From a virus (lineage: Duplodnaviria > Caudoviricetes), in the IMG/VR virus record IMGVR_UViG_3300033463_000020: DNA of 64,000 nt; one strand, given 5' to 3'. Position numbers and translations under genes: made by a program. The notes under the pieces are model-generated. The model had not been told where the DNA came from. It saw nothing but the letters and a program-made list of their open reading frames with translations, and searched no databases. Shown here piece by piece: positions 23,501 to 34,083 of this stretch (positions are counted from its first letter, which is position 1; every line of letters begins with the position of its first letter).

Positions 23501-24733
23501 TGGGATACGGTGATCGAAGCAAGTGGTACTGCGGGTACGCCGCCCGCGGCCTGGGATGTCACTGAGTCAAGCTTGGCGTATTCATTTATTAGCAATAGCA
23601 TTGCTTATACTGGTATTTATATCGACGAATATGGGTGTATGTATTATACGGCGAATAATATAAATACGCTTGTTTTTGATACGGTAGGTGCCGTGGGGCC
23701 CACTGGCTGGCAGGATGAGGGTTATCGCACCATTGTGTCTACCGTAGATCCCGACACAGTATTCTTGCAAGACTGGGCGGTTTTCTACGATAAAAATACC
23801 GACGGTGTGATTCCCACCCCCTTGTTCCCCGTGCAATGGAACTTTGTCATGGAAACCGAGAGTCCTACAGATGTTGCGAACTATTGGACGGTCCTCGGTT
23901 CCTATGTTAATGTTGGGTTCTACAGCAATGGCACGTCCTATACACGGTTCTCCGTTGACAGCGATGGTAGCATTTATTATGGTACGACGTCTAGTAACAC
24001 ACTTGTATATGACTATATTGCTGGTTGGGTACTGCCTGCATACCGGACAATAGCATGTGAAACGAACCCTGAACTATCTTTTGTTGGCAGTGATTGGAGC
24101 GGTTTCTATCGCGCTAATACTGTCCAAACCTAGTGGAGGAGCAGTCTAGACACTGGTTTAGAAGTTGATGGCGGCTCTATTTGGGGCGTTAGAGACGAGA
24201 CATTGTCGATTACTTTTGTATCTAATAGCACGACATACTCGTCTATTTATATTGATACTGAGGGCAGCATGTATTATGGTGGCACCATGGTATATGAGTA
24301 TCAGACCGGCTGGGTGAACGACGAGTATCGCATCATTACGACGGCGCAGCCCGCTACAACCGCATTCAATCACGGCGACTGGCTCACTTTTTATTATGCG
24401 AATACCGGCGCAGTGACGTATTGGCGCAGCAGATTGGAACCTTCAGGAGAGGATATGTCATATGAGGTGCTGAATCGGACCCTGTATTGTGCATTTATGT
24501 GCAATGGTACGATGTATGCATCGCTGTCTTTTGATAATGCGGGTAATTTTTATTACAACACGGCCCGGTAGTTTGGTGGAGGTACCAAAGTTTACGACAA
24601 CAATAGTGGCTGGGTACAGGGCGCCTATCGCTTGATCGCCACCGCTAGCAGCGGTAGCGAAGTCTTTGGCTTTGATGACCAAGACTGGTCAGATTTTTAC
24701 GACGCGAATGCTAACATTACAGATGAAGATTAA
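17516..24733 (+). CDS. Large tail-tip/baseplate (distal-tail-like) protein, ~2405 aa, with Ig/FN3-like segments and four C-terminal ~100-aa repeats
   Basis: Twelve ORF fragments lie in one frame joined only by TAG. AGGAGG RBS, TAA 24731-24733. It follows the tape-measure gene and has a beta-rich, T/S/Y/G-rich composition. Confidence 0.8.
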
Positions 24734-24755
24734 AATTTAAAAGGAGGGGGATCTG

Positions 24756-26015
24756 ATGAGTACAACGACTCACTATGTTAATCTTAGTAGCGGCGACACC
24801 TTGGCGTTCACGATTAATGACGAGGACGCTTTGGGTTATTATGCGAATGCCGGAACGGATATTGCGTGGTTGCAAAATGCTATCTCGGATAATACCGTTC
24901 AGGCTATTTTTCGGATTTATGTTTTATATCCCGACGAAACTATTGCTTATGAGATCCCCCGCGATCGCATTAAGTCTGGCGGTAGCTATAATGAAAATTA
25001 TCAAAATGGCTAGCGGCGCACCTTGTCATTTACGTTGTACAACGAGGATGGACAGTACACCCCCAATGTTAATCAATTTTGGGTGGGTACGAAATTGCGT
25101 TTAGATATGGGGCTGTTATTGCCTTCGGGTAATAGCGTGTGGTTCCAAAAAGGCATTTTTGTGATTACCACCGCAGCCCCTTCTAAGGTCCCCGGGGCGC
25201 ACGAGGTGAATATCTCTGCGGCAGATAAATATTGTTTGTTTGAGCAGGGGCGAGGAGTTTTAGGAAGTACATATGTTGTTCCGGTGAACACCGATATCTA
25301 TGGTCTTATTTCGTCGATCTTATTTACCGACGGCGGGAACGGATATCTACTAGATTCAACACCGTTTTTGTTTAACCGTGCGCTGGAAACGAAAAAGACC
25401 TAGGCTGAAATTACCAAAAGCGCCGGCGATAATTTGGGCAGTATCTTGTCAGATATTGCCCTGCAAATTAATGCTGAGGTTTTTTATAATTCTACAGGCC
25501 AATTGGTTTTTGCTCCGATCCCCGAAGTCACTGCTGATATTAATAAGCCCATTTTATACCATTATGAGACGCCCAAGGGTGACCTGAGTTAGCTGGACTT
25601 TAACTTGGATTACGCTAATATTGTAAACCGAGTGGTGGTCATTGGCACGTCGTCGTCTGGAGGAACCTTTAGCTATGTGGTCGCTAATGACGATGCAACG
25701 TCGCCATTATGTTGGCAACGGATAGGTTTCCGTACCGGCGAGGTGATTACGGATACTAATATTTATTCGATGTAGCTAGCCAAAGAACGCGCCGAGTATG
25801 AGTTGAGATAGCGCTTAATTTTAACCAGTTCCGTAAATCTCACGATTATGTGCAACCCGTTTTTGTCGGTGAATAATTTAATTACGATTTCTGATGAGTT
25901 TTATGGTTTAAATCGTGAAAAATTCTTAATTCAGTCTGTGGGATGTGCGTTGGATTTCTCGAACCAGATGCAAATTAGCGTAACAAATATTCGGAACCTA
26001 CCATTTTTAACTTGA
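24756..26015 (+). CDS. Baseplate hub / tail-associated protein, 419 aa, 5 in-frame TAG
   Basis: One frame through five TAGs to TGA. NGQRRTLSFTL, NRVVVIG and AKERAEYEL segments resemble phage hub proteins, and the position fits. Confidence 0.7.
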
Positions 26016-26040
26016 CCTGGGCTGTTTGCCCCAATATAAT
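26012..26040 (+). promoter_or_regulatory. Sigma70/A-type promoter with CCCAA-TATAAT
   Basis: TTGACC-17 bp-TATAAT; the spacer ends CCCCAA. Confidence 0.75.
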
Positions 26041-26088
26041 ATCACAGACCCGTAGGGGGCCAATGCAATTATCAGGAAAGGATAAGAT

Positions 26089-26340
26089 ATGGACAAGATT
26101 ATTGCACAGGACTGCACAGAACACGTTAATCATCCACAACACTACAATGTGGGGACAATCGAAACAATTGATTATTTACACAGTGTGCTAGGCCCGGAGG
26201 GGTGCTACGATTTTTGTGTCGGCAACGTTTTGAAATACGTCAGCCGTGCCAAACACAAAGGCAAACCTCTCGAGGACTTGCAGAAGGCCGAATGGTATTT
26301 GCATTATGCTATGCAGGTGCTGCGTGAGTCTGAAAAATAA
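26089..26340 (+). CDS. DUF3310 family protein (T7 gp1.7-like)
   Basis: VNHPQHY..IETID..FCVGNVLKYVSRA..K..EDLQKAEWYL signature. Confidence 0.85.
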   Translation: MDKIIAQDCTEHVNHPQHYNVGTIETIDYLHSVLGPEGCYDFCVGNVLKYVSRAKHKGKPLEDLQKAEWYLHYAMQVLRESEK

Positions 26341-26343
26341 CAG

Positions 26344-26372
26344 TTGACGGTTGCCCCCGATCCCAATATAAT
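26344..26372 (+). promoter_or_regulatory. Sigma70/A-type promoter with CCCAA-TATAAT
   Basis: TTGACG-17 bp-TATAAT; the spacer ends TCCCAA. Confidence 0.75.
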
Positions 26373-26424
26373 ATCTACGATGAGCTATACTCGTCACATT
26401 TTTTAATGCACAAAGGAGCAAATT

Positions 26425-27357
26425 ATGCCTGAAAAACAGAAAAACAGATACGCTAATTCGGTTCGTATCGTTGGTTATTTGAAGGAGAACAATCTTGAAA
26501 CCGTTACAAACACTCGTGGAGACCAGGTCATTCGAGGGGCGCTAGTAATCGCTACGACTAAAACCAGCAGCTACAAGGTCCAGTTTTATGTAGCCGCAAT
26601 GACATCAGCGAACGAGCCCTCGCAGGACTATGAACGACTGTCGGCGCTGCTGCCCGCCAATACCACGACGGTTGCGTCTCTCTTGAAAGCAGACAGTAAT
26701 ACTGATTTTGATAGCGCGATCGCCAATGCCACAAAGGTGTGGGTAATGGCGCGTTTGGACGAGTATGCGTCCCGCAGCGGTGAACGCGAGACTTCCATGA
26801 TTACCATCAAGGGCTTCCGGGGCGGTATCGCCAGCGAAGATAAATTCAGACCCTGTGCGGAGTTTGAAGCCGATGTGTATATCGAAACGCTGGCCGAAGA
26901 GGTGAACGGTGCTAACGAAAAGACGGGCCGTCTGTCTCTGGGTTGCGTCGTTCCGAAGTACAAAGAGATCATGGATCGCATTGATTTCATCGCGGGAACC
27001 GAGGGCAACGCTGCTCAGTTTATTGCCAGCCACTGGAAGGTCGGCGACACAGTGCACATCGGTGGCGACCTGGTCAATCTTCAGGAGCGTGTATTGGTGG
27101 AATCGGAGACCCCGAGCGAGGGCTTCGGACGTCTCACGGAGCCGCAGTACGAAACGCGGTTTGTTCGGGAGCGTGTTATTACCACTGGCGGACCGTGCAA
27201 GTGTGACCCGATCACTAAGGCGATGGTCAAGGAGGGGCTGGCCCAGCGAGAGCTGCTTATGCAGAAAAACGGTGCACGCGCCAAGCAGTCTCCAAATGCG
27301 AACGCTAACACCAGCGCAGCTCCGGCAAAGGCCGACCTGAGTGAGATGGATTTCTGA
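26425..27357 (+). CDS. Probable single-stranded DNA-binding protein (tandem OB-fold)
   Basis: NSVRIVG and WKVGDTVHIGG OB-like strands, low-complexity linker, acidic-aromatic C-terminus (SEMDF); no TAG. Confidence 0.6.
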   Translation: MPEKQKNRYANSVRIVGYLKENNLETVTNTRGDQVIRGALVIATTKTSSYKVQFYVAAMTSANEPSQDYERLSALLPANTTTVASLLKADSNTDFDSAIANATKVWVMARLDEYASRSGERETSMITIKGFRGGIASEDKFRPCAEFEADVYIETLAEEVNGANEKTGRLSLGCVVPKYKEIMDRIDFIAGTEGNAAQFIASHWKVGDTVHIGGDLVNLQERVLVESETPSEGFGRLTEPQYETRFVRERVITTGGPCKCDPITKAMVKEGLAQRELLMQKNGARAKQSPNANANTSAAPAKADLSEMDF

Positions 27358-27367
27358 GGGGCATAAT

Positions 27368-27772
27368 ATGACCGCCGATAAAAACGAGAACACGCCGTCG
27401 CTGGTCGACTTTGATTAGTTGGCCTGCTAGTTGATGGCAGTGCCGGGATCTCCCAAAGAGCTAGTAGCTTCGCCGGAGTTTTCGGAGCGGTATATAGAGC
27501 TTACCAATGCTTTAGCTTCTTTACAGGAACTAAAGAAAAACGTGGACGGCATGATTAAGGACGTGCTTCGTGAATAGTACTATGAAAATGGTGAAAATAG
27601 CATTGTCACGCCAGAGTGTCGTTATACCTATGTGCCTGTTGGCACGCGGGAAACGTTCGACTCCAAGGCGCTAAAGATTGCCGATCCCGAAACATATTGT
27701 CGTTATGTAAAAGTTGCGCAGGTGAGCGATTCTATACGTATTACTAAAAATCGTACTGATGGCACCCAGTAA
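27368..27772 (+). CDS. Hypothetical protein resembling the C-terminal region of YqaJ-like recombination nucleases, 134 aa, 3 TAG (absent from the ORF track)
   Basis: Open from ATG 27368 to TAA 27772 when TAG is read through; RETFDSKALK..PETY..YVK segment. Confidence 0.65.
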
Positions 27773-28403
27773 CATGAAGTCCTGGGAGCGGCATGAACTA
27801 CCCAACGGTGAGCTGGTCATGTTTAATGCAGACGAGCATGCGTATATCGTACGTGACTAGGTAGTGCCCAGCGTCACAACGCTATTATAGACGGTTTATG
27901 GCAATCCATATACCGGCGTGAATCCGGAAACTCTGGACCGCGCAGCGAGATATGGCACTGCGGTACATAGCGAGCTAGAATCGTTGGTAAGCTATCGACA
28001 GGAGTGGGGGGAGGCCCCCACTCCGGAGATGATGCATTTTTAGGAAGTATAGAATTATTTTACCTATATTGAACCTATTTATTAGATAGTGCCGCAGCTC
28101 TTAGAGCGCGTGGTGGTGTTATATGATGCTGCTTAGCGCCCGGTCTCGGCCGGGCGTTTTGATATGCTGTGCACAGTAGCGGGGAAACCCTGTTTGGCCG
28201 ATTTTAAGACTACGTCGGCGATCCATCGCCCCCAAGTTACTGCATAGCTAAACTTATATCGGCGTGCTGCCGAGCAGTCGGGTTATTTGACCCAGGTTGG
28301 TTCGGTGTCGCTGGGGGTGATACACTTGCATGGCGAAACCAGTCGCTTTTTCCCTATCCCTATTTTGGGCGAGAATTTTCTAGAGCGATTTATCCCCAGT
28401 TGA
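27759..28403 (+). CDS. PD-(D/E)xK (RecB/Cas4-like) exonuclease, ~214 aa, 7 in-frame TAG (absent from the ORF track)
   Basis: PSVTT, GTAVH, E, AGRFD, DFKT and [TAG]LNLY, where the TAG occupies the conserved Gln of the QxxxY motif. Confidence 0.85.
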
Positions 28404-28428
28404 CGGGGGACTTGCATCCCAATATAAT
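28400..28428 (+). promoter_or_regulatory. Sigma70/A-type promoter with CCCAA-TATAAT
   Basis: TTGACG-17 bp-TATAAT; the spacer ends TCCCAA. Confidence 0.75.
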
Positions 28429-28465
28429 GTGGGTAAAGTCCATGAAGTAAAAGGAAGGGTAAAAC

Positions 28466-29326
28466 ATGAATTTTCCTCTGCTGACCTCTGAAGACATCGA
28501 GGTCAAAGTCAAGACCATTACCAAAACAGGCGCGCTCTTGCTGCTATATAAAACGGCGCGCGTAGACGCCAAAATTTTGGATGAAACCGTAGGCCCGCTG
28601 AACTGGTGCTGTGACTATGAAGAAATTAAAGGTAATCTATTTTGCAGGGTCGGAGTGCGTGAAAGCGCCGACCAGGATTTTGTGTACAAAAGCGATTGCG
28701 GCATTGAGTCGGGCCAGGATGATGGCAACGAGAAGAAAGCCGAGGCCAGTGATGCATTTAAACGCGCCTGCAGCCGCTGGGGCATCGGACGCGAGTTGTA
28801 CGACAGCTCTCTGCAGATCTGGGCTGAGGTAGCGACAGTTGAGCGCAATAACAAATGGTATTTACAGGATCCGTTTGCGCGTTATGTCGTAACGTCAATC
28901 GAGTATAATGAGCAGACTCGTGTAATTACGGCGCTCGAAATTTGCAATGCCAAAAGTAATGTGTGCGTCTTTTCATGGCGGCGACCGTCAGAAGGCGCCC
29001 TGGGGCGCAAAATGGTGAAGACCTGGGGCGGGAATAATGAGTCTACTGATTCTCCGGCCAATACTGAGACGACGCCGAAAGCAGCGCCCAAGACGGTAGC
29101 TCAAGCCGAAACCACGGATCGGATCCCGTTGGCACAGCTGATCAGCGATATCGGCGGCATGGTTAAGACGATGATGGCTAAAGACGGTGGGGCGGGCGCT
29201 TACAAGGACATCGTGGCACGCATTGCGGGCAGCGCGTCGTTCCGCTGCAACACTGCCACGGAAGAGCAGTATGATATCGTAAAGGGTATCTACGACGCTC
29301 TTGCTGAGGCAGGATATGGCAACTAA
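28466..29326 (+). CDS. Sak/Rad52-like single-strand annealing protein
   Basis: LYKTAR..ILDETVG..W and KAEASDAFKRAC..WGIGRELY Rad52/22 motifs. Confidence 0.8.
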   Translation: MNFPLLTSEDIEVKVKTITKTGALLLLYKTARVDAKILDETVGPLNWCCDYEEIKGNLFCRVGVRESADQDFVYKSDCGIESGQDDGNEKKAEASDAFKRACSRWGIGRELYDSSLQIWAEVATVERNNKWYLQDPFARYVVTSIEYNEQTRVITALEICNAKSNVCVFSWRRPSEGALGRKMVKTWGGNNESTDSPANTETTPKAAPKTVAQAETTDRIPLAQLISDIGGMVKTMMAKDGGAGAYKDIVARIAGSASFRCNTATEEQYDIVKGIYDALAEAGYGN

Positions 29327-29798
29327 AATTTGCCGCGGGTGTAATCAGCATATCGTTGGGATGAACTATGGATACGGTGGCGCTACTTATTGTGCCGCTT
29401 GTTTCCAGAAACTCCAAGATCGTCTGGCCCACGACGAGGGGGATCGCAGGTTATTATATGACACGATACGTCGTATTTTCAATGTTACCGAGATTCCCGA
29501 TGAAGTGGTAGCTGCGGTTAATCGTGAAGTGAAGGCCGGCCGCAAATTGACCGGCCTTACTGCCACCTTACGTTATTATTATGATCTTGAGGGACACGTA
29601 CCGGGCGGCGTGTATAGTGCTATTCCGGTATTCCGTGAACAGTACGAGAACGCACGGGATTATGCCCGTAAAATGGCGCAAATTGCGGAGCGTAATCAAA
29701 ACATAGACCTTGACGTCCCCCCGACGATAGTAACGGTCACCCCCGAAAGTTTGCGACCTATTCGGCAGCGTCCGACTATCAATATTGAAGATTTGTAA
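29316..29798 (+). CDS. Hypothetical Zn-ribbon protein upstream of the helicase
   Basis: N-terminal CRGC..YCAAC; overlaps the previous stop codon. Confidence 0.65.
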   Translation: MATKICRGCNQHIVGMNYGYGGATYCAACFQKLQDRLAHDEGDRRLLYDTIRRIFNVTEIPDEVVAAVNREVKAGRKLTGLTATLRYYYDLEGHVPGGVYSAIPVFREQYENARDYARKMAQIAERNQNIDLDVPPTIVTVTPESLRPIRQRPTINIEDL

Positions 29799-29824
29799 AT
29801 TGACGGAGAGGAGGAAGTCCGTTT

Positions 29825-31435
29825 TTGGATAACATACAGTCCGTAGAACTACAGACAGGGGTAGCCTCGAATAAACTGGCTATCATGCATGTTTTGGCAG
29901 GATTAATTGACGACCCTCTTCGTTTTGCTAATAACGCCTACTCCTTTAGCGAGGACGACTTTCCTGAGCGTTTTCATAAGATAGTGTTTGCAGCCATTCA
30001 GCATTTGGCGATGAATGGAATGGAGCACATAGGGTATATTGATATTGATCAATTTCTTAAGCAGTATGCCGTACAATACAAGGTGTTCTGCGCCAATCGG
30101 GGCGTGGAGTATATTCAAAACATCATGGCAATGTACGACCCAAAGAAATTTGACTACTATTATCATACACTTAAAAAATATAGTCTGATTAATGACTTAA
30201 ATGCGAAGGGAATCGACACCAAAGATATCTACAATCCCGATATTATTGACCCCATTGAGAGTGAAAAGATGTATCGGACATTCGATAGTCTCACGGTCAA
30301 TGACATTCTGTTAACGGAAGAAACTAAAATTATTCTGGCCAAAGAAAAATTTGGTAGCAATAGTGACCGTGTCGAGAACAAGGCCGGTGATGGTCTGCGT
30401 GCCTTAAAAGAGCGCTTCAAAGAAACCCCGGATATGGGGTTGGGATTGTTATCGCCCAAGCTGACCACTATTTTACGCGGGCAGCGTCGAGGGTGTCTGT
30501 TTATTGAATCGGGCGGATCTGGCTTTGGTAAGTCACGTCGTGGCAATGGTGAGGCCTGTCATTTAGCTATCCCCGAATATTATGATACTCAAAAAAAGAC
30601 CTGGGTGAACACCGGGCTGCATGAGAAAGTTCTGATGATTTCCACCGAGCTGGAAGAGTTTGAGTGTCAGCAAATGTGGATGGCTTTCGTCGCGGGTGTT
30701 TCCGAGGCGCATATCAAAGACGGACGTTACGCCCCGGGAGAGGAAGAGCGCGTTGATAAGGCCATAGATTTAATTGAACGTTCGGAATTATATTTCGTTA
30801 GTATTACGAACTATGATACGGACGATATTGTCAATATTATCAAGAAATATAAGCAATTGCATGATGTGAACTATGTCTTTTTTGACTATTTGGGCGAGAC
30901 ATTAAAGATCACATCATCCGCAACGCGTCAAACCCGGGTGCAGGGGCTGCGTACCGATCAGATCTTGCTTTTGTTATCATCTGCATTGAAAGACACGGCC
31001 AAAACACTGGGTATTTATATCTGGACTGCTTCACAGCTGTCGGGCGATTACAAAAATGCCAAGGATTTAGACGCTGCGTATCTACGATCGGCGAAATCAA
31101 TCGCTGATAAAGTGGACGCTGGTTTAATCTTAATGCCCGTGCGCGAAGCCGATCAGCCCGTTATTGATACGTATTGTGCGCGTGGTTTTGAGTTGGCGCC
31201 GAATTTTGTTATCACAGTCTATAAGGTACGTGCTGGCAGCTATCAAAATATTAAAGTGTACGTCTATTTTGACCGGGCTACGTGCCAAATGTTTGACTGT
31301 TTTGTGACCGACCGCGATGGTGCGATCCTGCCGATAGAGGACACTAATGTTGACCTGGTGTTGGATGACACGCGGACCGAGGCTTTCTTAGAGGCTTACG
31401 ATCTCAAGGCTGGCGATGAGGATTTTGATTTTTGA
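29825..31435 (+). CDS. DnaB-like replicative helicase
   Basis: Walker A GGSGFGKSR, ISTE, YVFFDY, ASQL and SIADKVD motifs. Confidence 0.9.
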   Translation: MDNIQSVELQTGVASNKLAIMHVLAGLIDDPLRFANNAYSFSEDDFPERFHKIVFAAIQHLAMNGMEHIGYIDIDQFLKQYAVQYKVFCANRGVEYIQNIMAMYDPKKFDYYYHTLKKYSLINDLNAKGIDTKDIYNPDIIDPIESEKMYRTFDSLTVNDILLTEETKIILAKEKFGSNSDRVENKAGDGLRALKERFKETPDMGLGLLSPKLTTILRGQRRGCLFIESGGSGFGKSRRGNGEACHLAIPEYYDTQKKTWVNTGLHEKVLMISTELEEFECQQMWMAFVAGVSEAHIKDGRYAPGEEERVDKAIDLIERSELYFVSITNYDTDDIVNIIKKYKQLHDVNYVFFDYLGETLKITSSATRQTRVQGLRTDQILLLLSSALKDTAKTLGIYIWTASQLSGDYKNAKDLDAAYLRSAKSIADKVDAGLILMPVREADQPVIDTYCARGFELAPNFVITVYKVRAGSYQNIKVYVYFDRATCQMFDCFVTDRDGAILPIEDTNVDLVLDDTRTEAFLEAYDLKAGDEDFDF

Positions 31436-31446
31436 GGTGGTGAGCC

Positions 31447-32568
31447 ATGTTAGATAGCAATAAAGTCAAAAAGCGCTTGACCACCGAGAATGTCATTGAG
31501 CTATGCTGCACGCTACAGGATGACCGGAACGTGTTATATGATGCGCAGGGGCATCCGATTTTCAATACGTGTCTTTGCCACGGGGGAGACAGCGATAAGT
31601 TATATTATTATCCCGAAACGCAATTGTTCCACTGCTACACCTGCGGTGATAGCTATGATATATTTTCGTTGGTTCAGCGCGCCAAGGGATGCGAATTTCG
31701 CGATGCGTTTCGGTATATCGTTGATTTTTTTAAGCTGAGAGGATTTCGAGACGACAGTGATGAAGATCCTCCGCTGAGCGATGACTGGGATATTTTCCAG
31801 CGCATTAAGGACTGCGAAACCAATGGGGTCGTGCGCGAAGAAGCGCCCCCGATGCCCGAAAATCTATTGGAATTTTTCTACCCGCTCGCCGCGCCTCAGG
31901 AGTGGCAGCGCGATGGCATCAGCCCACAGGTCATGCGTGCCTTCGGCATTCGGATAGATAGTGCCTTGCAGCATATCATTATCCCGCACCGTAACGTGCG
32001 AGGTGAGCTTATTGGGATCCGGCGGCGCTCTTATGATCCGCTGGAAGTAGCCGGTGGTAAGAAGTATATGCCGGTAATGATCGAGGGCGATATATATCGT
32101 CATAGTCTAGGCAGCAATTTATTTGGGCTATATGAAAATCAGCGTGTTATTCATAACACGCAAAAAGTTTTAGTAGCCGAATCCGAGAAGTCGGTTTTGC
32201 AACTCGCTAGTATGTACGGGCTCGATCAGTGCTGGGCAGTTGCGACATGTGGCTCGTCGTTTTCACAGACGCAGATGAGCCTGCTACTGGAGCTCGGAGT
32301 ATCTGAAGTGGTTTTGGGATTTGACCATGAGTTTACTGGTGGCCGCGGCGCAGATGATACTGTGGCGTATGAGGCTAAGCTTTTGAAAGTGGTGGCCCCT
32401 CTATTACCATACGTCAATGTTTCGGTAATCATGGACTATGATGGATTGACGAAGTATAAGGACTCGCCCACTGATTGTGGCCGCGAGATTTTTGAACAAC
32501 TTTATCACCAGCGGATACGGTTGTATACTTATGATGAAAAAAGAAAGACGAGGAAAAGGAATGGCTGA
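31447..32568 (+). CDS. DNA primase (CHC2 Zn finger plus Toprim)
   Basis: CH..FHCYTC, IIIPH, NLFGL, VAESEKS, LGFD and KDSP motifs. Confidence 0.9.
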   Translation: MLDSNKVKKRLTTENVIELCCTLQDDRNVLYDAQGHPIFNTCLCHGGDSDKLYYYPETQLFHCYTCGDSYDIFSLVQRAKGCEFRDAFRYIVDFFKLRGFRDDSDEDPPLSDDWDIFQRIKDCETNGVVREEAPPMPENLLEFFYPLAAPQEWQRDGISPQVMRAFGIRIDSALQHIIIPHRNVRGELIGIRRRSYDPLEVAGGKKYMPVMIEGDIYRHSLGSNLFGLYENQRVIHNTQKVLVAESEKSVLQLASMYGLDQCWAVATCGSSFSQTQMSLLLELGVSEVVLGFDHEFTGGRGADDTVAYEAKLLKVVAPLLPYVNVSVIMDYDGLTKYKDSPTDCGREIFEQLYHQRIRLYTYDEKRKTRKRNG

Positions 32569-33544
32569 AAAATTTTCTTATTCCAAGCTGAATACTTTTG
32601 AAGCCTGTGGGTGGAAATATAAGCTATAGTATGTAGATGGACATTATATTTCTGCAGATTCGCTGGCTATTTAGCTCGGTCTGCTGGTGCACGGGATCGA
32701 GGAAGAGATCGCACGCACTATTCAAATGGGGGGCAAGCCGGACTACGACAAACTGAAAGATAAATTTCAAAACGCGGGGATGGGTGGTGCTGCAACACCG
32801 GATCATCGTAGTGCCCTACAGGGGATTAAAGTTCTGTAGGAAAAATTCAAAGAAGATTTCTTTGAGCCCGATGACCGGGGTGCTTCATATCACACTCGCA
32901 CGGAAGATTATTTAGCTTATGGCATTTATCGCCTGGAGCGTTATTTGGCCCAGCATCCAACTTTAGAGATCTCGGGCATTGAGCAGTTCTTCTCTATAAA
33001 TTTCCAGGGGAATGTTCTGAGTGGTTATATCGACCGTGTCTTCCATGACCGCGAAACCAATATGTATTATGTCGAAGATATCAAAACACGGGCCAAGCCC
33101 TTCCGCGATACCGAGCTTAATACTCCGTTACAGTTTGTTATATACGTGTATGCCCTGGCCGAGAATCTGGGGTTGGATTACAGCCATTTCCAATGCGCTT
33201 ATGATCTTCCCTTTTTGGATACGAAACAAGTTGCAGGATCCTCCGGCTTTATGTCGCGAGGTCTGAAGAAAATACGTGAAGCGTTTGGAGATATCAAAGA
33301 TAAAAACTTTGTGCCGTCACCGTCGCCACTGTGCCGGTGGTGCCAATTTTCTCCAACCAACCCCGGACAGCCGGAGGCCGGTAAATTATTGTGTCCATAT
33401 TATTCGTTATGGACTCAAGAAAATCGGATCCACACAGTGGCTCACAAGTGGGAGGGCATTGAGCGTCATCCGGCTATTATGGCGGATGAAGTGCGGGCCC
33501 AAACGGCGAGTGAATCCAAAGTCTTGTCTGAGTTCGACTTCTGA
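32561..33544 (+). CDS. Cas4/AddB-like PD-(D/E)xK nuclease with probable Fe-S cysteines, 327 aa, 3 in-frame TAG
   Basis: FSYSKLNTFEAC..KYKL, GLLVH, E, GYIDR, DIKT, QFVIY, CRWC..C. The three TAGs lie in the N-terminal third. Confidence 0.85.
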
Positions 33545-33556
33545 AAGGATTAAAGC

Positions 33557-34027
33557 ATGGGGAACGTAGTGCACGAAATTAGTCGTGTGACTTTGAATTT
33601 TGACGCCCTGGAGGAATGGCGGGATACTGCCGCTGATGATATTCCTATTTGTAGTTTACTAGGGCTATATCGCGCTGCCGGCATTGTGGAAATTATGTCA
33701 GAGTATGCGGCACAACATTCCGGTATGCAGTTCTGTGCATTGGACAATTTGTCGTGTAATTTCTACACCTTGTAGCACATACGGCGTTTTGTGACCGACA
33801 ATTGGCGTAAATTTTCTTTGCGCCTAGAGGGGGATTGCAAGATCCGGTGGGATACGCATCGTTATGCGAAAGGTGTGGCGCACCGTCCATTCAATTTAAA
33901 GGCCAAGGTGCAGCACAGCCTCAATCTAGACTTTGCGAACTTTTGTCCGGCCATAGATGATGAGCTGCCCGATGATGTGATCGTATTTGCGGTCCCTGGG
34001 GCTCCGGAGAGCGACGATAAAACTTGA
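33557..34027 (+). CDS. Hypothetical protein, 156 aa, 1 TAG
   Basis: ORFs 33557 and 33791 are in frame across TAG 33773. Confidence 0.7.
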
Positions 34028-34052
34028 CGAATAAGTTGTACCCCAATATAAT
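34024..34052 (+). promoter_or_regulatory. Sigma70/A-type promoter with CCCAA-TATAAT
   Basis: TTGACG-17 bp-TATAAT; the spacer ends CCCCAA. This implies the dnaE start lies downstream, at GTG 34084. Confidence 0.75.
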
Positions 34053-34083
34053 GATAGTGAATAACAAAGAAAGGCACGTAGTC

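Noticed and set aside
26605-27393. 262-aa minus-strand ORF and the other minus-strand ORFs in the track
   Set aside because: They are antisense shadows of well-supported plus-strand genes or RNAs, with no recognisable motifs.
32561-33544. CRISPR-associated cas4
   Set aside because: No array or other cas genes are present. Stand-alone Cas4-like nucleases are common in phage replication modules.
34024-34083. dnaE start at TTG 34024 as listed
   Set aside because: This stretch is the promoter itself. GTG 34084 follows an RBS-like GAAAGG and begins the PHP motif.
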